This document shows positions 15,972 through 26,182 of a DNA stretch of 59,760 nucleotides, piece by piece. Position 1 is the first letter of the stretch. The number at the start of each line of letters is the position of its first letter. Source of the stretch: Guillardia theta CCMP2712 (taxonomy: Eukaryota > Protista > Cryptophyta); NCBI RefSeq assembly GCF_000315625.1, contig NW_005434658.1:215482-275241 (forward strand), given 5' to 3'. The position numbers and the translations under genes were made by a program. Below the pieces are notes generated by a model, which saw only the letters and a program-made list of their open reading frames with translations, did no database searches and was not told the DNA's origin.

Positions 15972-17922
15972 TTATCCCAGTACGATGTCCTCCTCCTCCT
16001 CCTCGCTCTCCTGGTTCTCAGCCTCTGCGTTCGCACCTTCCTTCGATTCCTCGTTGGCAGGTTCTGCATCCTTGTTTGCGCCATCCTCGTTGTACTCAGG
16101 CCTCATTGCTAGTGCCTGCGCCCTGGCTTCCAGCTCAGCCTGTCGAGCTGCTTCAGCCGCGAGATCCTCTGCCCTCTCAGTCTCGAGGCGCTCAAGTAGC
16201 GCAGCGAGCTCTTTCTCGAGGCTCTCTTCCGTCTCCTTGACCATCTTCTCGAACTTCTCGAGCTGAGTGTCCTTGGGGATCCAATAAATGTGGGGTTCCG
16301 ATTTAGTCCTGATGAATCGCGACTCCAGCTTAGATTGCTTCTTGGCTCGCATCAAGGACAGCTGATGAAGCATCTCCTGCTGCTTGGAGCGGATCTCCCG
16401 AATCTTCTCCAAATTCTTTCTGCGCTCCTCACGCTGTTGGATCTTGAACTCCTCCTTGAGCTTCTCACTGTTCTCTTTTGCCTTGGTCTCCACTTTGACT
16501 TCAAGCTCATGTCGTTTCTGCATGATCTGGCTTTTAGAGATGTCCTCCTCTTGCTTTTTAGCTTTTTGCAGCTGTCCCAACAGATTCCCGAACATTCTTC
16601 TATTTCGGCCCCGAATGTCCGTCTTCTCGGCAGACCTAGGGGTTTTGATCTCTTTCTCCCCATCCTTTGCGTCATCCTTCTCTTTCTCCTTCTTGGACTT
16701 TCCATCCTCGTTCTCCTCGTCCTTGTCCTCCTTCTCCCTGGCCTCCTCCTTCTCCCTGTCTTTTTCCTTCTCTCTGTCCCTGTCCCTGTCCCTGTCGTGC
16801 TTGTCATCCCGATGCCTCTCGGAGTTGGAATCATGACTCCTTTTAGGCCTAGCCCTGGCACGATCGCGATCATCGAAATCTTCGCGCATTCTGCCAGGAT
16901 TGTCCATGCGGAGTTTGGGGTTGTAGTCATCCTCCTCATCCTCCTCCTGCTTGTCCTCAGAGCCTCTTTTGCGCCTTCTCCTTCCACCTCCCTCCTCACG
17001 ATCCTCGTCGTCCGAGGCTTCTTCTTCCTCCTCACTATAGTCCCTCTTCCTCTTCCGAGGCCCTTCCGACGCACGTGTCACCGCGGACTGCACAGAGAAC
17101 TTTGGAGCATCCCATGGATGGGGGGCCCTGTCGTGATCTCGGTCCATATCTCGATCCCTGAAGTCCCGCCGAAAGTCCCGACGGTCAAAGTCGCGATGAT
17201 CTCCTCTATCATTGCGGTCGAACCTCCCTCCGAGACGATCGCGCAAGTCTGTGGAGTCCCTGCCGTGCGCAAGTCAGTCTCGACCCTTCTGACGATGATC
17301 GCAGATCATGCTCGTACGCTTGCGGACGGAAGGGCCTCCGTCGACCATCCAGATCGCGAAGTTTCAATTCAGCTTGCCTGCAACGAATCGTCATGATAGT
17401 TACCGAAAGATCGAAGAGGATCGTCCCCGGGGGTAGAAATAGGACAGAGAGAAAGGAGGAGATGAATAGAAAAGGAAATCGACGATGTAGAGAGTTGAAA
17501 GTATAACAATGTTGATGATGCCGACAGCACTATCATGCCAAGGCAACGCAAGTGAAGTCGGGGCGCAACCCTGCAGAGGATAGCAGAGGAAGAGGATGAG
17601 GCACAGTAGCCTTTATCTCGCAGACATGATGTGCCCAACAGACAGATGATTGCACGATCCAAGAACAGCACAAAGAAAGGAGGAGAGCAATATCATGACC
17701 CGCAGGGGCTCCACCACGAACAAAGGATCCCATAAAGACCCATGGAGGGAAGGCTTTGGAGGTGGAGCGAGCGCAAGCACAGGACGGAGGCCGACGCACA
17801 TGCGCATCAGGGCAGATGAGGAGGAGAGAAACAGTCTGCATTGCGACATGAGCATGGCCATACCTTCGCTCCCTCTGCAGCGCCTGCAGGTCCGAGTAGA
17901 TGCTGAGCGGCTCTCCCGCCAT
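15972..17922 (-). CDS. PNN: Pinin/SDK/memA-domain splicing-associated protein
   Basis: RGRNRRMFGNLLGQLQKAK...FIRTKSEPHIYWIPK is the pinin conserved domain, with an RD-rich N-terminal region. Probable first exon MAGEPLSIYSDLQALQRERR at 17922. Confidence 0.85.
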
Positions 17923-18706
17923 CCTCTCACGCGCCACCTGTCTACCCCTACCCACCTTATCAATACCCTCTCGTACATACCACCCATGTCATCATCACCC
18001 CTACCCTTATCTACACCTGGTCGTGTGACACCCACCGGTGTAAATCGACAAGTATCACCCCGCTCTCAAAATTAGTACCCCCATTCTTGATGAAAATGTA
18101 TGGGGTACAAAGGGACCATTTGGTTGATTGCAATGTGTTCACTTGAGTACCCACTCAAAGACATCATAACCCCCTTCGACAGGAGTAGTACCCGTGATAA
18201 TGTGATGGAATAAGAGGAGATTTGGTTGTGGGGGTACATCGTCACATGCCCGTAGAAGGGGTACTTTGACTAATGAGGGACCCCCTAGGATGGGGGTACT
18301 TGAGATGTAGTAGGGTCATGCGTACACCGGTGATAGATTATTCTGAACGAAGCTTCTATGAAAGGGTCGGTCCTCAGAACTATTTTCTGGGGGTAGTATC
18401 AATAGAATAATTTCGTGTCAGGGGTAGGGGTCCTCCACCCAGGGGTGCAATTCTTTTCTCATCCTCACCCCAGTCCTAGGATCTCATATGCCCCCACACC
18501 TGGAGTCCTAGCATTGGGAACCGGTACAATTGAGTGTAAGTATCTAGCCTCCGGGTTTGAGTCCCCCCCCCGGGCCCGGCCGGGCCCGGGCCAGCTATGT
18601 CTGCAAAATTCATGCTCGCCTCAGAGAAATGTATTAGTAAACTATAGGGACATCAATTGATGTCAAGGTGACTGATTGAGGCAGCAGGCCGAGAGCCGGG
18701 GGGGGC

Positions 18707-20481
18707 ATGGCGGCGCTCGGGCCGCAGAGATGGCAGAAGAAGTTCGAGGAGGCGGTGGAGCTGGACAGCTGGGGGCAAGTGGAGGAGGCAAGAGAAGCGT
18801 ATGAGAGGTTAGATGTCCCGCAATGTCCTCCCTCTCTCTCGCTGCTTCCTCGTGAACGATGGGCTCCTCACGTTTCCTTGCCTTCTTCGAATCGCACCGA
18901 TGAGTTCGGGTCGTTCTCCTCACCAACCCTGTCTAATGCTCCGAGAACTCACCTCTTCCCGCTGATATGAAGATCCTCTCCTCCCCTGATGCTCCTTGCG
19001 ACGAATCAACATCCTGCCTCCATTTTGCTTGCAGCTACTCCTGTTCGATCCTTGCATCCATGCCGTCAACAACGCGCGTTCGCTTTTTCATGATGCCAGT
19101 GCATGGAGTGATGAATGTGTCATGCTTGTGGTTCTGTAGTCAGTGTTCCTTTGCGAGATCTGGTGGAATTTCAAGGAGGTGATCTTGTGTTCTTGCTCAT
19201 TGCGCTCCCGCAGTGTCGCCCAGTCGTTACAACAGGAGCTGGCAAATGCGCAAAAGAATGCGAGAACTCAGAAGCAGATTGTAGCAGTGAAGAACCTGAT
19301 GGTAAGCCTCCGTCTCAGATCCTTTGCGATCCGACGAGGAGACGACATGATCAGCTCCGAGAATATGAAGGCCCTCAAGCCAGGTACTGTGGCCTGAGAC
19401 TACACGCTCAGCTGCAGCGTTTTTCCCGTTGCCCCTCCTGCAGTGAGATTGAGGATGTCTGACTTGGAATATTCTATCAGTGTTTGAGAACCTCTTCATC
19501 AAGGACAAGAAGTTCCCTCTCGACCTGAGCGAGGTCGACGAGGCCGAGCTCAAACGAGCGTGAGCGCATTCGGATACAGCTCGCTTCCCATCCACTGACG
19601 CCTGTCCTCCCTTGCGCAGGCTAGGTATGGAGCTCGAGGACGATGAGAATGAGGCCGAGCTGTTAGATTCTGTTCCCGTCGCTGCTCCTGCGATCAGCAT
19701 ACCGAAAGCACGCGGCGCCGCAACAAGGGAGGTAGAGGGGGACAACGACTCTGATGAGCACAACGTGGCCGGGCAGGCATCGAAGACGAATGGATCGACG
19801 AGCAAGGTGGCGAGACTTTGTGTCAGCCTCCTAGTTTGACCTCTGTAGCAGAAGACAAGGACAGTGAAGATCACCATTGTGAAGATAGGGTTAAAGGACT
19901 TCGAGAAGTACCAAGATCCTTACATCACCTGCTTCGTCGCATGTAAGGCCAGTAAAGGAGCGTGTGCTGCAAGCTGATCGCAAACGCTCTTGTGCAGCGG
20001 GTGGCCGTGTGCTTGAACCGAAGCAAGACACTCCGAACTCGACGTCGCGCTTTGACAAGCACATCAACTTCGGGCATACGATCACCCTGAAACAAGGGTA
20101 TGAGACGATTCTGCCAGGTTGGTCTGCATGAAGGAGGTCGGCATGATGGAGCGATTGAATGCAGGTGCCGCCATTGTGTTTGAGTTCAAGCACTTCAAGC
20201 CCAAGAAGGACAAGATCAGCACCAAGTGCTGGGCGTTCTTGGAGAGAGAAGACGTCAAGGAGGGTGTGCACAACCTCGAGCTGTGAGTTGTACATGTGGC
20301 ATGTTTCGCCGACGTCACCATGTGCGGCATCAGGTACAAGAAGCCCACCGACGTCAAGTGCAAGAAGTTGAGCCTTCTTACCGTCAAACCTCTGTAAGTA
20401 TTCCCTAAACTCCTGCTGCTCCTCCTGACGGCGGTTGGCAGTTACCTCCAGATCCAGATCGAGATCGGCGAGCCCAAGTAG
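18707..20481 (+). CDS. AIDA: AIDA (axin interactor, dorsalization-associated) homologue with C-terminal C2 domain, multi-exon
   Basis: N-terminal QRWQKKFEEAVELDSWGQVEEAREAYE; C2 region KIGLKD..KYQDPYIT, AAIVFEFKHFKPKKDKISTKCWAFLE, LELYKKPTD. Confidence 0.9.
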
Positions 20482-20643
20482 ACGCGGAGAAGGGAGTGAC
20501 ACAACATTTTATTCCCTTCCCTTCAGACCGAAATCTTCTATGACACCCTCCTCTCCTTCTTCCCCTCCTCCTCTTCCTCTCAATCAAAGACGCAGTGAAA
20601 TCAACAACGTGACGACTCTCTATCCTCAAAGTGACGTCCTACT

Positions 20644-21646
20644 CTACATTCTCACAGCGTCTCTCAAGACGCCTCCCCAGGGGTTCGACGCCGACATGGA
20701 TCTGAAGTCCGCTCCCACGTAGCAGACGGTGCCCAGGTTGTACTTGATGTAGAACACAGCAGACACTCTGAACGTGTCGTACATGGAATATCCTGTGAGC
20801 GGGATACTCTCGATCTTGACCCCGTACACAGCATTCCCCGACCCCTCCTCGAGCCTCGATGGCCCGTACTGGAACGGAGTCCCGGGAGTGTTGCGATCAT
20901 TCTTCCACCAGGGCCCAGGAACGTATGGGACGTATTCGAGCTCGAAACCGAACAGCTCGTTCATGGTGGACAGCGACGTGTATCCTCCTAGGAAGACGAC
21001 GTTCTTCCCCGAGCTCACCCACGCAAGGAAGTCCTTCCTCCCCATGCCCCCTAGCCCCACCGCTCCTGTCAACACCGCTGCTGGAGTGTCGTAGTTGTCC
21101 CACAGGGCCACACGCAGTGCCTGGTCGTTGAAATGGACGGGGAGAGGGATGAGCTTGACGGCGTAGTGATGCCGTTGAAGGATAGCTGCTGGCGCTCCCC
21201 CGTCAACGAACACCTGGTTCACATACGCTGGAAGGTGCTCATCAGATGTGGTAGGCAGAGAAAGAGGGCAGAAGAAAGAGGGCAGATGAAAGAGGGAGGA
21301 AGCGGATCAAAGATAACTCCTTCAGCAAGGGAAGAAGGAAGGATTTGTGGCGGCGTGGGGAAAGAGAGACTCACTGGAGTAATCTGAGTGCTTCGGCTTG
21401 GAGACAGCAAAGAAAGGAACAACATTGTAGTCTATCTCGGAGGTCGACCCCGCCTTCTCACCCCCATCCCTGTCAACACGTCACAGTCAACATGCCGACG
21501 CACATGCGCATACCCGCTGTACGTGTACACCACAAGCGCCAGAGCGAGAACACCTGCACACCACGTCAGGGCCTGTTGCCCTCGTTCGTTCGTTCGTTCG
21601 TTCGTTCGTTCGTTCGTCTACCTGTACACAGTAGCAATCTCCTCAT
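20644..21646 (-). CDS. Hypothetical secreted or membrane-anchored protein, multi-exon; possible class I glutamine-amidotransferase-like fold
   Basis: Long last exon 20644-21222 with coding-like codon bias and FLAWVSSGKNVVFLGG. Upstream micro-exons give a hydrophobic leader (MRRLLLCT|GVLALALVVYTYS). Confidence 0.6.
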
Positions 21647-22389
21647 GGCTTGACTCTTCTCTCTCCCGCTCCTGACGTCCGAAGGTCAGCGCCCCCACCT
21701 CAAAGAGCCCGTGGGGCACGGGCGAGAATTACCAGGCGGGACGCACTGCCTCATGAGGCGACAGCATTCCACTCATAGCGCACAGCCCTCAATCAACTCT
21801 GGAGAGGATCAAGAAAAATTAGAGACGTTGCAAGCACCCTATCACAGCGAAGATGCTGCCTCTTCCTTGCGAGACTTGCAAGTTGCTTCCTTGAGCAAAC
21901 CCAGCACTCCACACAATCAACGCTCTCCATGCTCTCTTGCGGGCTCTGCATCGACACATTTCCTTCTCATCGGCATGTCTCTTCTCATGGATAACTCATC
22001 GCGTCTCCTTCTTCTCATTCCTCTTCACCTCTACCTCCCTTCCTATCGACGATCTCCTGCCCTGATCATTGTGGGCCATCGTACTATTTCCGTCAACTCA
22101 ATTAGCTAATCTTGTTCTGGGGAAGTGGCAAGATGACTCCCGGGGGTTCGGAAGTTCCGGCCGCCGGGCCGGGCAGGGCCGGGCGCCCGGTGACGGTGCC
22201 AGTACGGTGGGCCTCGCCGACTCCGGTCGGAGCCCGATCAGCAGTCCGACCCGGACCATCGGACCGTCTGCGGGCCGGGGCCTGACCGTGCTCAGTGACA
22301 GGCTCCCGAGCCTGGCAGTGCAGCGGCAACCCGGTGCCCCACTGCAGTGCCGGCGGCAGCGGCCGGCGTGGCCCGGGTACCCGGGCGGC

Positions 22390-22946
22390 GGTGCTTTTAT
22401 GGCAGCTCTCTATGAAAACGTCATATATGGGTGGTACTCGTAGCCTAGAGAGGGGGTAGTGCTTTCCCTCTCAGAGGTAGTCTCCGCATAATATATAACG
22501 GCTGTATCGTTCTTCACACACTACCACTCTAGCATTAGGTACCGGTGCTTTTATGGCAGCTCTCTATGAAAACGTGATATATGGGTGGTACTCGTAGCCT
22601 AGAGAGGGGGTAGTGCTTTCCCTCTCAGAGGTAGTCTCGCCGCATAATATATAACGGCTGTATCGTTCTTCACACACTACCACTCTAGCATTAGGTACCG
22701 GTGCTTTTATGGCAGCTCTCTATGAAAACGTCATATATGGGTGGTACTCGTAGGCTAGAGAGGGGGTAGTGCTTTCCCTCTCAGAGGTAGGTAGTCTCCG
22801 CATAATATATAAAACGGCTGTATCGTTCTTCACACACTACCACTAGCATCCGGTACCGGTGCTTACGGCAGCTCTCTATGAAAACGTCATATATGGGTGG
22901 TACTCGTAGGCTAGAGAGGGGGTAGTGCTTTCCCTCTCAGAGGTAG
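22390..22946. repeat. Tandem array block 1, ~154-158 bp unit (3 full units + 1 partial)
   Basis: Units start GGTGCTT at 22390, 22544, 22700 and 22858. Confidence 0.95.
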
Positions 22947-23891
22947 GGACCTACCTGTCCGAGTGCGCACTCGGACGGATGCGCACTCGGACGGATGCGC
23001 ACTCGGATCAACCTGTGGCCCCTGTATGTCGCGTGCTTCCCATTGTGAGACAAGAGGATTGATGCCTCAACAGCTAGGGAATGTCAAGACCTTCAAACTT
23101 GAGGGATAGGGTTGGAGACCTCATGGACCGTGAGGGCAGTGGAAGCGTTTTGAATTCGAACATGCGATGCGAATGTCACAGTGTTCATGGTGAGGACTCC
23201 TATGATGAACGGTTTTCATGAGGTAAACTTGTATAATGGCAATCAATCAATCAATCATTGGCTTCGCCTCGACGCATGATTGACAAGATTTAGCAACACA
23301 AATGGATACCGCCTTCTCATGGAGTTCAGCAAGGCAAGCTTCCTATTCATCCTGGATTCGTAAAAGAACCGTGTCTGACACCCTCATAACGGATCTGAGT
23401 AAAAGCGAGTTGAGCTGAGGTGTGTGGACATCGTTGCTCTGAAGTTTAGCAACATATATCCAGTACATGTGATGGTTTAATGTGCATCTTAACTTTGTTC
23501 CTGTGTTCATTGTAATTAGAACATGAGTAATGTAATTGGACCATGCAACACCTCGTGTGCATAGAGCTGTTCTTCATCCTGCTTGTACTTGCTTGCAACA
23601 TCAACTACAACAGCATAAGCTAACATCTCACACACCTTGCAAGCGCTCGTTCTGCGCAAGCATTTCAGTTTCACTGCTAATCCAACACTTCCAAAAATGA
23701 ATTAAAAAGAGAATAAAACTCTAAAAGTTAAGGTCATGGTACAAATTATTGACTGATTTTAGAAGGAAACTTGAGCGCTTTCTTCCTATATCACAACGTC
23801 TCAAAATCAGACTAAGGTTAAAACCGCCGTGTAACGACAAGGACAGCTAATAATCCTAAGGTCTAAGGTCTGTGGCGCCCATAAGCCCCCT

Positions 23892-24588
23892 ACTAGCATC
23901 CGGTACCGGTGCTTACGGCAGCTCTCTATGAAAACGTGATATATGGGTGGTACTCGTAGCCTAGAGAGGGGGTAGTGCTTTCCCTCTCAGAGGTAGTCTC
24001 CGCATAATATATAACGGCTGTATCGTTCTTCACACACTACCACTCTAGCATCCGGTACCGGTGCTTACGGCAGCTCTCTATGAAAACGTGATATATGGGT
24101 GGTACTCGTGGGGTAGTGCTTTCCCTCTCAGAGGTAGGTAGTCTCCGAATAATATATAACGGCTGTATCGTTCTTCACACACTACCACTCTAGCATTAGG
24201 TACCGGTGCTTTTATGGCAGCTCTCTATGAAAACGTCATATAGGGGTGGTACTCGTAGCCTAGAGAGGGGGTAGTGCTTTCCCTCTCAGAGGTAGGTAGT
24301 CTCCGCATAATATATAACGGCTGTATCGTTCTTCACACACTACCACTCTAGCATTAGGTACCGGTGCTTACGGCAGCTCTCTATGAAAACGTCATATATG
24401 GGTGGTACTCGTAGCCTAGAGAGGGGCTTTCCCTCTCAGAGGTAGTCTCCGCATAATATATAACGGCTGTATCGTTCTTCACACACTACCAATATAATAG
24501 CATCAGGTACCGGTGCTTTTATGGCAGCTCTCTATGAAAACGTCATATATGGGTGGTACTCGTAGCCTAGGGGGGGTAGTATATAACG
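23892..24588. repeat. Tandem array block 2, same unit (4 full units + 1 partial; 145-158 bp)
   Basis: Units start at 23908, 24060, 24205, 24363 and 24512. Confidence 0.95.
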
Positions 24589-24614
24589 GGTCATTTACCG
24601 GTAAAGCTTCTGGC

Positions 24615-25910
24615 ATGGAACATTCGAATATGTTGAAAATGTTGATGAGAGGTTTCAGTCTCAGCATGCAGAGAAGAAAAGGAAGACTAGGAGGAGATAA
24701 GCAGCTGGTTTACAGTGTTGGTTGGAACAGGTTACGGCAGATCACGCTGTCAAGACCCCAGCATGTCCCCAACAGGATCAGCAAGCTGGTGGCCGTGGCA
24801 GTCAAGCAAACTTCGTATGGTCATTGCCCACAAGGATGAAGTCATTGCCCTCAAGGAAAAAGTCATTGCAGAAAAGGAAACACAGCTGAAAGATCTCAAG
24901 ACCTTAATGGAAACACAGCTGAAAGATCTCATTGCAGAAAAGGAAAAACTCATTGCAGAAAAGGAAAAACTCATTGCAGAAAAGGAAAAAGTCATTGCAG
25001 AAAAGGAAACACAGCTGAAAGATCTCAAGACCTTAATGGAAACACAGCTGAAAGATCTCATTGCAGAAAAGGAAAAACTCATTACAGAAAAGGAAAAACT
25101 CATTGCAGAAAAGGAAAAATTCATTGCAGAAAAGGAAACACAGCTAAAAGATCTCAAGACTCACGAGGAAAAACTCATTGCAGAAAAGGAAAAATTCATT
25201 GCAGAAAAGGAAACACAGCTGAAAGATCTCAAGACCGAAAAGGAAACACAGCTGAAAGATCTCAAGACCGAAAAGGAAACACAGCTGAAAGATCTCAAGA
25301 CCTTAATGGAAACACAGCTGAAAGATCTCATTGCAGAAAAGGAAAAACTCATTACAGAAAAGGAAAAACTCATTGCAGAACAGGAAACACAGCTGAAGGA
25401 TCTCAGGAGCCAATGGGTGCAACTGGAGATGCAAACTCTCCAAGAATTATCGCGGGTCAAGGTCATAGCCAACAACCGAGCTCTGATTGAGATCGCCATG
25501 AAACAGACAAGAGCGGCAAGTCTCTCACGAAAGGTTTGGAGATGTTTGTGAACGAGCATTTGTTGACGGTAGCCTCCGACAAAAAGACATTGAGTATGTA
25601 TGGCAGAGAAGTCTGTAAGAAGCTGCGAGACTTTGGCTTCGCAGGGAAGGAAGAATTTGTTCAGAAAGAACTTGAAAACCTCATGCACGAGATCTCAAAA
25701 CCTTTACACAGACCGCACGTATCGGGTAAGATTTACACAGGGTATGTGGTTGGAGGGGAACCACCGCTTGCAGAAGCGCTTGCGATCGTGATCTCAAAAC
25801 TTCAAGAATGCAAGTTCGTGCAAAACCTGGATGTCCTGCTAGTCGATGGGGAAGGGAAATGCAAGTGCGTGATAAGTAATGGAGACATCGTTGAATACGG
25901 TGAAGCGTAG
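24615..25910 (+). pseudogene. Frameshifted gene: basic N-terminal leader, heptad coiled-coil tandem repeats (IAEKEKL / ETQLKDLK) and a globular C-terminal domain
   Basis: Three consecutive ORFs in different frames. Adding one base near 25506 joins AMKQ to (Y)KSGKSLTKGLEMFVNEHLL. A second frame break lies near 24816. Confidence 0.7.
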
Positions 25911-26014
25911 TCAACGATCTACATGTCGTTATCAACGTGATGTATTGCTTTCTGCCAGTGAATGAGCCGGTTCCTCCCCTTTGAGAAGCCGATGCAGCCT
26001 CTTCGGGATTTTTT

Positions 26015-26182
26015 TGCATATAAACGAAAACAAAGAAGCGTATCCTTGATAGCAACGAGTTCCCTGTCCGTCGTGTCATAATTGCGCTCGGTAGCAGTCA
26101 ACAGCCTGCTGTAGTATCCAACGACGCGAGGTTCGTCTGGTCGCGCGAATGAGGAATCACTGGCTAAAAGATAGGCTGAAAT
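26015..26182 (-). mobile_element. Fragment of Ty3/gypsy-type retrotransposon RNase H
   Basis: Translation PRVVGYYSRLLTATERNYDTTDRELVAIKDTLLCFRLY matches the canonical P-V-A-Y-x-S-R-x-L-x-x-x-E-R-N-Y-x-x-x-x-x-E-L-x-A-I pattern. No RT, integrase or LTR was seen. Confidence 0.85.

Noticed and set aside
16290-17396. 368-aa Leu-rich plus-strand ORF (likewise 53399-54283, 45415-46449 and 24750-25157)
   Set aside because: Antisense shadows of charged or biased real coding sequence.
18515-18575. tRNA-like GGGTTTGAGTCCC (and GTTCGAGTCC near 55870)
   Set aside because: No cloverleaf or matching acceptor stem could be built.
22390-24588. CRISPR-like array or 5S rRNA/spliced-leader array
   Set aside because: Whole units repeat with no unique spacers and no cas genes nearby. 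The TAAAAGCACCGG similarity to 5S rRNA is only a dozen bases.
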